NCBI RefSeq assembly: GCF_001194135.2
Contig: NC_068992.1
Location: 13,893,037 to 13,957,036 of the forward strand
Origin: Octopus bimaculoides
Lineage: Eukaryota
DNA length: 64,000 nucleotides
Direction of reading: 5' to 3'
A program made the position numbers and the translations under genes. The notes beneath the pieces were generated by a model. It searched no databases and was not told the DNA's origin. It saw only the letters and a list, made by a program, of their open reading frames with translations. Below are positions 28,420-40,724 of this stretch, piece by piece. Position 1 is the first letter of the stretch; each line of letters begins with the position of its first letter.

Positions 28420-28860
28420 ATATCATCAAAGTGCTTGAAAGTGTGACGACATCAAGGAAAATTGGCTTCCTGGAGAGCCACAACCTTCTAAATTTCAACC
28501 AGTATGGCTTACACTGATGCAGGAACTGTTTAACATAGCTCTTACATCACATCGATTATGGACTTAGTACCTTGAGATCAGGTTCGAAATCTGATGTCAT
28601 TATTCTTGACTTCCGTGTTCGACAGATGCGAAAAAGATATCCCGCTGTCAAAATTGTCAAATATTGGAATCTGCCGGAAACTGCTACGCTGGATTAAATA
28701 TTTCCTAGTGAATAGAACACAGTGGAATCCAATCGATCCCGACAAAAGACACCAGTGGACTGTTTAGAGTCTACTTCTCTTTAAAGTCTATGTAAACGAT
28801 ATTTCAAGCGTCATCAAACACAGCAAAATAAAGACAGCAAAAATATCTGCGCACATTGAC
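28420..28860 (+). mobile_element. Decayed CR1/L2-type LINE reverse transcriptase fragment
   Basis: FLESHNLLNFNQYGL...SDVIILDF...LSKLSNIGICRKLLRWIKYFLVNRTQ...LLFKVYVNDISSVIKHSKIK, with stops and frameshifts. Confidence 0.75.
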
Positions 28861-29974
28861 GCAACACCTCTATCGTTCTCCTGAGTTACTACTATATAAA
28901 AGGATACACTCGCTCCGATATACATATATGTTTTCACCAAAAATGTGTGAAAAGATTTTATCTGACAGAATGTTGCATAATACTTTCTAATGATGTATAT
29001 AAATTTATTATGATACACAAACGTCAACTTTATGTCTCTGTTGCGTAGACTGGGTTTTAACCAACCAAGTAAGCTTCCATAACAACAATGAATATTTTAT
29101 TCATACCCTGATATATAACACAAATCTAAAAACCCCTACTGTCTCACAGTATATAAAGTCTAACGTGTTGCATATACACTTAGTATAATATACCGCTAAA
29201 GTCACACATACACACACATACATATATACAGGCATATATATNNNNNNNNNNNNNNNNNNNNNNNNNNNNNNNNNNNNNNNNNNNNNNNNNNNNNNNNNNN
29301 NNNNNNNNNNNNNNNNNNNNNNNNNNNNNNNNNNNNNNNNNNNNNNNNNNNNNNATATATATATATATATATATACATATATATACATATAGATATATAT
29401 ACACACATACATATGTATATATATATATATATTGTTTTCACCATAAAAACTTAGTAACTTCGAGAGAAGTTGAAATATTTCGTACTTAACTGAAAAAAAT
29501 CGAAATGCATCAAGCTTTTAATCCAATACTTACACACAATTATTAATAACTTTGTCTACATCAAAGTCTACAGTTAAAAATGAATTATATATACGTGTGT
29601 GTGTATGCATGTATCTCTATAAGTACTTGGGTGTGTGCGTGTATTTATACATACGTGTATGTATGTGTGCATGTGTGTGTGTGTGTGATTGTGTGTCTGT
29701 GTGTATAGAGACCCGAATACTAGGCTGTCAATACTGTCGGAACCCAAGCCAAAGCCGGAATACTTCTGGTGTGGAAAATGCAAGTTTCACGACGATTATA
29801 CCGTCATATGGGTTTGGCGGAGAGGAAATAATCCAATAAGAAAAAGCAGAGAAAGAAAATTCTTTAACATATCTTCAGTTATAAGTTACAAATGTTTACG
29901 TACCATCTCCATTTGCAACGCCAGTTTACACGAAAATTCTAAATGAAAAATCACGTCATATTCGCGTTTCTAGT

Positions 29975-30245
29975 CATTGGAGGTGTACTTCTTGGGACTT
30001 GCATCAAAGGTGCGCTATTCCAGCATAAAAGATGGGCTACAGCAAATATTTTGCTCGGACCTACAGATTTGAATATCAGTTGTTTGACCGTAACCAGTTG
30101 AGCATGTCACTTAGTGGCTGACGATAAGTGCATCTCTGATCATGACTAGAAGTAGTAGGTGAGCACCACAGCCAGATCATGCGCTGTTTATCTTGATATG
30201 AGATCACCATGCCGCGTACATATTGCTGTGATGCGTGTGCATTCT
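29975..30245 (+). repeat. Interspersed repeat (unclassified retroposon segment)
   Basis: Its 3' part is shared with 1115-1175; non-microsatellite and more GC-rich than the flanks. Confidence 0.5.
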
Positions 30246-30919
30246 ATAGTTTACCACCGTGTCATTCTATAATAGTAACGATAGTAATTAGCAGAAGAAG
30301 AAGAAGTTATCAAATACAGTTTGAGTGAAGGCAGTATAAAAGAATTACATGCGCAGACGTGACTGTGTAAGCAATAGAATGCATTGAGATTTGAATATAT
30401 ATGTGCGCGTTTGTGTGTGTGTGTACATATGTATATACATATATATGTTTATATATATATATATNNNNNNNNNNNNNNNNNNNNNNNNNNNNNNNNNNNN
30501 NNNNNNNNNNNNNNNNNNNNNNNNNNNNNNNNNNNNNNNNNNNNNNNNNNNNNNNNNNNNNNNNNNNNNNNNNNNNNNTATATACCTAGATAACTCATAT
30601 ATAACCATACATACATACACATACATATATGCGCACATACGTACAAATTCAAACTCCCTAACAACAAACACATATATATGTAGGTACATGTATACTATTT
30701 CTCCCACTATTTTTATATTTTCCTCAAGAATATTCTAGAAAACTGTAATTTAGATTATTGTTTTCTTTTGCTTTCCTTTCTTTTCTATAAATGTTTCATT
30801 CGCTTTGCTTTTTTTTTATTTATTTGCTTGCAGTTTTCCAATCCAGAAATACACATTTTGAAAACTACTCCGAGTACTTAAAATGACAAATAGCTGTCAT
30901 TGTATAACAACTGGATTTA

Positions 30920-30997
30920 CCATCATCGTAGTCATCATCTTCATCCCATCATCCTCATCACTATTATCATCCTAACCATCATCATCTCCATTATCCA

Positions 30998-31032
<35 letters not shown>

Positions 31033-31238
31033 ACATCATCATCAACGCCACTACCACCACCACCACTACTACTACTATCATCATCATCATCATCGTCATC
31101 ATGATATATGTTACGTACGGCATAATCGACATGAACACTCTCTCCAAAATCAGATCACTAGCTTTTGCTACGCCAGTTCGTACCACCATCATCGTCATCA
31201 CCACCATCATCGTCATCACCACCATCATCGTCATCACC

Positions 31239-31292
<54 letters not shown>

Positions 31293-31302
31293 NNNNNNNN
31301 NN

Positions 31303-31351
<49 letters not shown>

Positions 31352-31510
31352 GTCGTCGTTGTCGCTGCAGCCACTGTCGTTAACATCTTCAATCGCTATA
31401 TTTGATAGCGCCATCATTAATTTCGCAATCGTCATGATTATCAGCATTAATACATCCATCTTCTTCATCATCATCATCATCATCATCATTATCATCATCA
31501 TCAATACCAT
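30920..31510. repeat. Mosaic (CAT)/(CGT)/(CAC) trinucleotide tract with an 18-bp unit x3 at 31182-31235
   Basis: accaccatcatcgtcatc repeated three times, then (CGT)n. Confidence 0.9.
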
Positions 31511-31745
31511 TTTATTATTTCCAGTAATATTAACGTTATTGTGGCTGTCGTTGTTGATATCAGATTACGCCTGTAGACTGAAGACTGAAGACCTGTTGAT
31601 ATTCAGATTAAACTTGGACAAGTAGAGCCCCTTCATTAACCCTAGTTTTAGGCTCTATTGTATCTCATATGATTGTACCTTCCATGTAACCATATTCGAG
31701 CAGGGTGACAAAATGTTTCTGGCTTTCATGGTATCGTGATAGACC

Positions 31746-31912
31746 TTGTTGGAGGACCATCACTCCGACTTCTTTTGCAGGGCTTAGAAAAACTGAAGGA
31801 CCCCTACAATAAGTGTGTGTACCTGTAAGGAAATAAGTTAGATAAAATCATATTTAACTGATCCTCCTCTATTTTCTTTTACCCCAAATCAGGAACTTTT
31901 CTGAACCTCCTA
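31746..31912 (+). mobile_element. Mariner right end (transposase C-terminus remnant plus TIR)
   Basis: cagggcttagaaaaactgaaggacccctacaataagtgtgtg (QGLEKLKDPYNKCV) ... aggaacttttctgaacctcc-TA; an inverted copy lies at 59293-59467. Confidence 0.75.
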
Positions 31913-32187
31913 TTGTGTATGTTTCTTTTCCATGTCTTTTTCCTAAGCCGCTTTTTGTTTTATCTTTTCACCCGATTCTATTTATCCATCAACAGAAATT
32001 GGAATTTGATGTTAATGCTCTTTCTGTTGAGACTCACGTGTCAAATAAAGGAATTCATCACCATCACCATCATCATCATTTTCGTCGTCATCATCATTAA
32101 TGTTGTTGTTGTTATTATTATCATCATCATCAATACATTTTTCATTACCAGATGATTGTTGTTTTTAAAGTAGTAGTAGTAGTAGTA

Positions 32188-32244
<57 letters not shown>

Positions 32245-32359
32245 ACAGCTGTTGCTTTTTGCTGTTGCTTCATGCCCTGAAGTGCTCTGCGTTGTTCTAC
32301 AAGATCCAAAGACGTCAGTTGTTAACATTCTTATTGAATGAAATTTTTTTCCTTTCCAG

Positions 32360-32412
32360 ATTATTTCCCATGGGATCCTTGCTTGGATAACCCAGATGTG
32401 CGTTTCCTATGA
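32360..32412 (+). CDS. Candidate terminal coding exon (DYFPWDPCLDNPDVRFL*)
   Basis: Strong acceptor tttttttcctttccag|AT; phase 1; TGA at 32410-32412; followed by about 1.8 kb of repeat-free sequence. Confidence 0.45.
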
Positions 32413-34185
32413 CGGGAGAATATTTTAATTTTTGTCTTTTTAGACGCAGTGCTGCTTCATGTTGACATAAAGGCTACAATAATGACGTGTACAACAAGAG
32501 AAAAACAGGCAGGTGACCAGTAATGTCAATGTCCCCAAATGTAATAAAGAACACAACACTTTTTACAAAGCGAAATCAAAATAGAGAGTGAACATTATCA
32601 AATGCATCAACACGCATAGTTAAACAATTAAAAAAAGGCTATTATATTTCCATGAATATTATTATAACCAGAACACAAAATGTGTGGAGCAGTGTTAACG
32701 CTAAAAAGAAACAATGCCAGAGATATTTGCAAATATGCATCGAATAAAAGTTGAAAACAAAATATTCTTTTTTTTAATTGCTGTTTATACCAGTGCAATA
32801 AAATAACATGTCAGCTATTGAGGATGCAGAAAAGGTTTCACTCCCTTTTCTCTTGACTATCTGCAGGGGATCGCTTATACTATGCTTGTGATGTCCAAAT
32901 GATACGTACGCGCAATCCAATGTTTGATTTGCCTCATATTTCAGTAAATGACTTCAACTATATTCCTACTCGTTCAATGAAGAATGGTTAGCAGTACTAC
33001 ATAGGATCATGTTTGTCACTAATCTTTAGATTGCTACTTATTTCTATCTTTTTTTCAAATAGCTGAAATATCATAAATGGCACCAGCATTAAATATAATC
33101 ATGTCTTTCACAAAACGTTTCCTTGCTATTTAGTATCTGTCGTTATCACACTGCTTCTACACTTCTTGAATCGGCAGATATATTATTTCTCTACAAAATG
33201 AATTTAAATATCCACTGCGGAAGTGGTCAGCAATGAATAGACAGCGAGAGTATCAGAAAACAAAATGTGAAATCCTTATTTTCCCCTCCTTGAAGACAGC
33301 CTGTAGAAAATCTTCCAGCCAGTAGGATGCCTCGCTTCGCTTTCGAATATAATTTAGCCAGTACATGATGACATCCTTATCAGCAATAATTTTGGAATAA
33401 CCCAGCTCGTGCTGCATCTTCATCCAACAGAAACCCTACCAAATTCAAATATGATTTTATACGCCATATACAATTCATAAACATTTCGATTCCTTACAAA
33501 ATCTTTTTCAACACCGAAATGTTGCATGAACATTAATTATCTGTAGGCTGGAAAATTTTCTGTTACAAATCATTATACTTTACACCTTAGTTACAAGCAA
33601 TAGAAACTTAAATAACAAACCAATGCAGCTTAGAGTTCCAAACCAGCACAGCTTACAACTGCGATTCATTACTAGCGTTTAAAACATAAACCATTGCCGT
33701 TTACACTTACACATCTTCATAGCTCAAAGCAATAAGATCTTTATTTGCAACGGAACAGTCCGTTGTACGACGTTCACTGTAGGAAACCTATGCTAGTTTA
33801 ATAAACATTTCTGCCAGTTCCTCTATCAATATATATTTCTCTTTTTCCATACTAATCTCAGTAACACTGTAATCACAGGCACGTAATATAAAGAATTTCA
33901 ACACATAAATTATATAATTCACAATAAACACGAATATTTACAGAAACCGTATTTCAACGAACGAATTTTTTTCAGATTCTACTTTGGTATTAATATTTCC
34001 TACTGTTCTATGCTACTTTGAACGACTTTTTATTACTTTGAACTGATGTTTTTATTACTTTGAACCCGTGTATAATATTGCCCATAATAATAATTTCACT
34101 ATTAATTGGGCTGGATATATCTATGAACTGCATTTGATAAATATGGAAAATAAACAGGAATAAAATATTGTATTTATGTAATAAA
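32413..34185 (+). other. Putative 3' UTR with clustered AATAAA signals (34149, 34159, 34180)
   Basis: Lacks SINEs and microsatellites, unlike the flanks; ends in three AATAAA hexamers. Confidence 0.4.
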
Positions 34186-34503
34186 AAAAAAACAACAAAT
34201 CACTATTTATTATTTTCTCTGCGTAAATACTCGACTTTATTTTGTACATATGCATCACAACAAGCAACGAAGCCTAGACATTTTCTATTTCTCTTACCAC
34301 CGCTGTGCTGGCTGCTAAAACAAACACTGCAACAACATCAACAACGGTAGCCATCGCCAATAACAGAAGAGGCAATGGCAGAAGCAACAACTGCAAAGAG
34401 GTAGCAGTAACAGTTAAAGTAGCAGTAAAGTGGAAGATGAAGCATTATAAGCAGCAGCAGAAGCAGCAACAGTAGTCTTTTATCTTTTAATTGTTTGTTT
34501 CAA

Positions 34504-35135
34504 GGCGGCGAGCTGGCAGAAACGTTAGCACGCCGGGCGAAATGTTTAACGGTATTTCGTCTGCCGTTACGTTCTGAGTTCAAATTCCGCCGAGGTCGAC
34601 TTTGCCTTTCATCCTTCCGGGGTCGATAAATTCATTACCAATAATACACTGGGTCAATGTAATCCACTTAACCCCTTCGTCTGTCCTTGTTTGTCCCCTC
34701 TATGTTTAGCCCCTTATAGGCAATAAAGAAATAAGAAATATTAGCACGCCGGGCGATTTCATCTACCGCTATGTTCTGAGTTCAAATTCCGCCGAGGTTC
34801 ACTTTGCCTTTCATCCTTTCGGGGTCGATAAATTAAGTACCAGTTACGCACTGGGGTCGATGTAATCGACTTAACCCCTTTGTCTGTCCTTGTTTGTCCT
34901 CTGTATGTTTAGCCTCTTGTGGGCAATAAGGAATTAAGAAACGTTAGCACGCCGTGCGAGATGCTTAGCGGTATTTCGTCTGTCTTTGCATTCTGAGTTC
35001 AAATTCCGCCAAGGTCGACTTTACCTTTCATCCTTTCGGGGTCGATAAATTAAGCACCAGTTACGTACTAGGATCGATCTAATAGACTAGCCTCCTCCCC
35101 ACAAAATAACATTTCAGGCCTTTTACCAAGAGAAG
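34504..35135 (+). mobile_element. SINE-A head-to-tail trimer
   Basis: Unit 1 starts GGCGGCGAGCTGGCAGAAACGTTAGC. Units 2 and 3 start at AGAAA(T/C).TTAGCACGCC (about 34734 and 34937). B box gagttcaaattcc; core gaggtcgactttgcctttcatcctttcggggtcgataaa resembles the Nin/Deu SINE domain (from recall). Confidence 0.9.
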
Positions 35136-35144
35136 AAAATATTT

Positions 35145-35732
35145 TTTTACTTGTTTCAGTAATTAGACTCCGGCCATGCTGGAGCACCGCCTTGAAGACT
35201 TTTAGTCGAACGGGTCAACATCAGTAATTAGTTTTGAAGTCTGCTGCTTATTATATTTTCCCTATTGTCGAACCCTTAAGTTAGAGGGACGTAAACACAC
35301 CAACACTGATTCTCAAGTTGTACGTGGAGGGAGACGGATACAAATACAAAGACGCACGCACACACATGCATTAATGTGTATGTCTATGAGTGTGTGTGTG
35401 TGTGAGTGTTTGTGTGCGTGTGTGCGTGAGTGTGTGTGCGTGTGTGTGTGCGTGTGTATGTTCGTGCGTGAGTGTGTGCGTGTGTGTGCGTGTGTGTGTG
35501 CGTGCGTGAGTGTGTACGTGTGTGTGCGTGAGTGTGTGTGTGTGTATGTTCGTGCGTGAGTGTGTGCGTGTGTGTGCGTGTGTGTGTACGCACGTTGGCG
35601 GGTGCGTGTCTATGTGCATGCATGTGTGTGTATGTATGTGTGTGCTCGTGTGTGTGCATGTGTGTGTGTGCGTATATGTGTGTATGTGTGTGCGTGTGTG
35701 TGTACGTGCGTGTATGTGCGTATGTGTGTGTG

Positions 35733-35763
<31 letters not shown>

Positions 35764-36175
35764 ACAACAAGTTTCTTTCAGTTTAGTGGAGGCGTGTAGC
35801 TTAGTTGTAAAGGTGTTGGACTCGTGATTGTGCGATTGTGTTTTCGATTAGTGTACCAGAGGATGCGTTGTGTGTTAGAGAAAAGCCACTTCATTTCTTA
35901 TTTCCACTTAGCCGTCAGAAATGAGTATTCCTGCGACGAACAGCCTCCCGTCCAGCGAGAGGGGAGGATATACACCAGAGAATACAGGAAACTGGTTCTT
36001 TGAGTCTGTATGACGGGAATGAGGTTTAACGTTTTTTTTTTTTCTTTCAGTATCCGTCTACCAAATGCACTAACAAAACTTTGGCCTGTCCGAGGCTATA
36101 GTTACAGGCATTTACCAAGGTATCACGCAGTTGGGCTGAACCCGGAAGTTCTTACCACAGAGCCACGCCTACGCC
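35145..36175 (-). mobile_element. Full SINE-B with expanded internal microsatellite, interrupted by SINE-C
   Basis: 3' half at 35145-35345, (GT/GC)n at 35350-35765, 5' half resumes at 36041-36175. Confidence 0.7.
35788..36030 (+). mobile_element. SINE-C nested in SINE-B
   Basis: ggaggcgtgtagcttagttgtaaaggtgttggactc head; flanked by TTTCTTTCAGT at 35772-35782 and 36041-36051. Confidence 0.75.
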
Positions 36176-36418
36176 TATAACAAGAACAACAATTGAACCA
36201 TCAGTAACCAAAGAAAAAGCACATTTTAAATCAACAGTAACAGCAAAGCGGAAATGAACACGATAATCCAAACTCACAAAACTGACGCTACATTAATAAG
36301 CAAACTAAGCTAGTTCCCATCTACACCCGTTAAATCAAAGGCACAGATATGACATTTGCACAGAGACCTACACTTACCATTCGTCTGTGGGTTCCTCGAT
36401 TCCGAGACATACATGTGT

Positions 36419-36651
36419 TATTTCTTTACTGCCCACAAGGAGCTACACACAGAGGGGACAAACAAGGACTGACAAACGGATTAAGTCGATTATATCGACC
36501 CCAGTGCGTAACTGGTAATTATTTAATCGACTCCGAAAGGATGAAAGGCAAAGTCGACCTCGGCGGAATTTGAACTCAGAACGTAGCGGCAGACGAAATA
36601 CCGCTAAGCAGTTCGCCCGGCGTTCTTACGTTTCTGCCAGCTCGCCGCCTT
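36419..36651 (-). mobile_element. Full-length SINE-A with 10-bp TSD
   Basis: ATACATGTGT at 36409-36418 and 36652-36661. Confidence 0.92.
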
Positions 36652-37373
36652 ATACATGTGTGACGAGGCTTAAATGAGTCCATTGCAAAGTGTTTTCGTC
36701 ACATGGAAAGGAACATCAGATGTAAAGAAGGCCACTGAAAGCTAAAGGAATCGCTGGGGTGAGGGAAATCACTTCGAAATATTACATAACCGTAAACTTA
36801 AAACGACACTATCAGAAAATCAACAACTACAACAAAAATCATAGATATATCTACATTTACTAAACAAAAAAAGTTAAAAACTAAAACTAATAGAAGAACA
36901 ACAATATTATTGACAAAATCAATAGATAAACATACTAATTTTATACGCCTCATAAACTTCACTGTTGTTCACGAGGGTAAAAGTAGTTCGATAGACGCAA
37001 TAAAAAGTAAGCTCTATTTACCAAAGAAAAGGGTTATGAGAATCTCGTCCATAAAACATTAATAGAATATCTACTTTCGCCACCAACTCATTACAACTCA
37101 GAGAAAATTACATTCATAGTGTTTCATATAGACAATGTTGTGAATGGCGTTCATGTAAGATTGTGTTGTGTGAGCAAAATATCTTACATTGAAAGAGGAC
37201 GAAGACAACGTTAAACAAGTTGAATGCAACTGTGACAAGTGAAGAATGGACAGAGTGGGAAAAAAGCTGAGAATGAAGGGTTAAATAAAGTTTGCCAATT
37301 TACAAGTAAACCCTTCGCACATATGTTCTCTACATTTACTAATATAATGAATATACTCGAGGATATCGACATT

Positions 37374-37763
37374 GTTGTTGGCACTCCGTCGCTTACGACG
37401 AGGAGGGTTCCAGTTGATCCGATCAACGGAACATCCTGCTCGTGAAATCAACGTGCAAGTGGCTGAGCACTACACAGACACGTGTTCCCTTAACGTAGTT
37501 CTTAGGGAGATTCAGCGTGACACAGTGTGACAAGGCTGACCCTTTGAATTACAGGCACAACACAAACAGGAAGTAAGAGGGAGAGAAAGTTGTGGTGAAA
37601 GAGTACAGCAGGGTTCGCCACCATCTCCTGCCGGAGCCTCGTGGAGCTTTAGGTGTTTTCGCTCAATAAACACTCAACGCCCGGTCTGGGAATCGAAACC
37701 GCCATCTAAATGTAGAAAGACCGCGAGTCCGCTGCCCTAACCACTGGGCCATTGCGCCTCCAC
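37374..37763 (-). mobile_element. Full-length SINE-D (about 390 bp) with 10-bp TSD
   Basis: Head ggaggcgcaatggcccagtggttagggcagcggactcgcggtc...ggtttcgattccc; TSD TATCGACATT at 37364-37373 and 37764-37773; (CAA)n tail. Confidence 0.9.
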
Positions 37764-37789
37764 TATCGACATTAATATTGAGTAAATAT

Positions 37790-38022
37790 AGGGCGGCGAG
37801 CTGGCAGAATCGTTAGCACGCCGGGCGAACTGCCTAGCGCTATTTCGTCTGCGGTTACGTTCTGTGTTCAAATTCCGCCGTGGTCGACGTTGTCCTTCAT
37901 CCTTTCGGGGTCGATTAGATAAGTACCGGTTTCGCACTGGAATCGATGTAATCGACTTAATCCCGTTGTCTATCCTTGTTTGTCTCCTCTATGTTTAGCC
38001 CCCTGTTGGCAATAAAGGAATA
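37790..38022 (+). mobile_element. Full-length SINE-A with 16-bp TSD
   Basis: AATATTGAGTAAATAT at 37774-37789 and 38023-38038. Confidence 0.92.
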
Positions 38023-38487
38023 AATATTGAGTAAATATCATATCATAGAAGTTATTATATTGCTTCACACAAAATGAAGAAATGTTCAGTTTAGCCTATG
38101 CTAGAATTTTCGAAAACTCTTTCGTCATACCGTCCGCGTTCTTCAAATCTTTGAATAGCTGGTACCGAAACTGCATCATCGACAAAGTTTACTATGTCAC
38201 ACCATTACTGATAAACTGAATGCCTTATTCCTCTAGTCTGCTCCGTATTGGGTTGTCCTCTGTTTGAAACAATTCTACTTTTCCCTCACCACTACTTTGT
38301 GCTTCTTCAACGAATTACGTAGGAATTTCATATTTTAAATTTGATTAACTTTGCTTTCAAAATATTGTATATTTATTTAAAAGGATATTTCCACTTGGGA
38401 TATTTTTGACTCCGTAATCCGGGGAATACCAGTGTATATACATGCCCTCAAACACAAACTCATAAATGCATACGAAGACACGTACTT

Positions 38488-38524
<37 letters not shown>

Positions 38525-38525
<1 letters not shown>

Positions 38526-38908
38526 GTCGTCGTTCGTCGTTGGCACTTCGTCGCTTACGACGTCGAGGGTTCCAGTTGATCCGATCAACGGAACAGCCTG
38601 CTCGTGAAATTAACGTGCAAGTGGCTGAGCACTCCACAGACACGTGTACCCCTAACGTAGTTCTCAGAGGTATTCAGCGTGACACAGTGTGTGATAAGGC
38701 TGACCCTTTGAATTACAGGCACAACAGAAACAGGAAGAAAGAGTGAGAGAAAGTTGTGGTGAAAGAGTATAGCAGGGTTCGCCACCATCCCCTGCCGGAG
38801 TCTCGTGGAGCTTTAGGTGTTTTCACTCACAATGCCCGGTTTGGGAATCGAAACCGCGATTCTATGACCGCGAGTCCGCTGCCCTAACCACTGGGCCATT
38901 GCGCCTCC
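38525..38908 (-). mobile_element. Second SINE-D copy
   Basis: Closely similar over its length to 37374-37763. Confidence 0.9.
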
Positions 38909-38914
38909 CCACAC

Positions 38915-38947
<33 letters not shown>

Positions 38948-38959
38948 AAAGCGCACGAC

Positions 38960-38990
<31 letters not shown>

Positions 38991-39600
38991 CAGAAAGACA
39001 GAAAGACAGACATACAGATAGATAGACAGAAAGAGAACACTGGGGAAGACAGTGCACGAAGAAAAAGAGAAAGTGCGCAGGTGGGGTGGAGAGATGGATT
39101 GAAACATGAAGTTTGAGAAAGCTAAAGCGTAGTTGACTACACCGCAGTAACTATTTTTTTCTTAAAATTGTAGACAGTAAAATGTGTAATATATTCAACA
39201 TTGGTGAAGTCATTTAAAATAACAGCACAAACTGATTAAAATTCCTGACTCACTGTGAATATATATTTTTTTTTGTGTGTGTGTCTTCTTTGCAAAAGTC
39301 GAAAGAACAAAATAAATTTTGTCAAAGAGAATAATGCCTCTTGATTTTACATCTAAATGTAGAAAGTAATTTAATTCCTGAATATTGAACATGCATTAAG
39401 CCAGGTGTATTTGAGTAAAGGACTTTACTACTACAAATTTTAATGTAACTAATATACGCGCACACACATGCTTGTGCGCATGTATGTGTACATATGCGTG
39501 TGTGTGTGTACTGGGGTGCGTATATGTATGCTTTGTATGTAGTGGCGTATGATGTGTATGTAGATGCTTTGTGCATTATTATATATGTGTTAATATATAA

Positions 39601-39644
<44 letters not shown>

Positions 39645-40044
39645 GTATATATATATATACACATATATGTATACACACACATATATATATGTAATATATA
39701 TATTTACATGTATGTATAAACATGTATAGGTATCTATATATGTACGGATGTATTTACGTATGCGTATAAGTATGTGTACACATATCTAGATACCTTATGT
39801 AAGTCTGTTTGTGTATTAGTATGTTATTAAAGTCTCAATTACAAATTTATTTTTCTTTATCCTTCGTTATTTCAAATCTACTTTCGCATCAAGTGTTTAG
39901 TGCGTGGAGCAGTTAATTTAACTTCACAGTAAGTCTGAATATTAAAGTTGGTGTAAGTTAAATAGAGAAGTGTTTAAGAATCTACTGTTGCAACTGGGGT
40001 ATGCATATGAAGCTGTGTATGTCAATAATAATAATGGTTTCAAA

Positions 40045-40155
40045 TTTTGGCCAGAAATTTCGAGAGAAGCGGTAAGGCGATTGCACAGACCGAGTGATCA
40101 ACTGGTGGATATTTTATCGACCCAGTAAGGATAAAAGGCAGAATCGACCCCGGTG
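40045..40155 (-). mobile_element. Degenerate SINE-A variant fragment (alternative 3' tail)
   Basis: tttatcgacccagtaaggataaaaggcagaatcgacccc is the degenerate reverse core. Confidence 0.5.
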
Positions 40156-40177
40156 GTGTTTGGTGGTGGTGGTGGTG

Positions 40178-40239
<62 letters not shown>

Positions 40240-40351
40240 TATAATAATAATAATAATAAGCCTCTGTAGCGGTGAGAATCTCGAGGAGAATAACGTAGGG
40301 AAAGATCAGCGAATGCGTAGGCACGGTGAAGTTGTAGTGAAGGAAAACCCG

Positions 40352-40714
40352 GAGTTCAAATTCCGCCGAGGTCGACTATGCCTTTCATCAATTCGGGTCG
40401 ATAAATTAAGTACCAGTTACGCACTGGGGTCGATGTAATCAACTTAATCCCTTTGCCTGTCCTTGTCTGTCCCCCTCTATCTTTAGCCCCTTGTGGGCAA
40501 TAAAGAAATAAGAAACGTTAGCACACCGGGCGAAATGCTTAGCGCTATTTCGTCTGCCGTTATATTCTGAGTTCAAATTCCACCGAGGTCGACTTTGCCT
40601 TTCATCCTTTCGGGGTCGATTAAAAAAGTACCAGTTACGCACTGGAGTCGATGTCATCGATTTAATTCCTTGTTTGCCCCTCTATGTTTAGCCCCTTCTG
40701 GGCAATAAAGAAAT
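40352..40714 (+). mobile_element. SINE-A head-to-tail dimer
   Basis: Junction caataaagaaataagaaacgttagcacaccggg at about 40500-40530, the same as in the trimer. Confidence 0.9.
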
Positions 40715-40724
40715 ATATGTGAGT

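Noticed and set aside
37700-37763. tRNA genes at SINE heads
   Set aside because: A/B boxes are present but there is no complete cloverleaf, and each continues into a SINE body.
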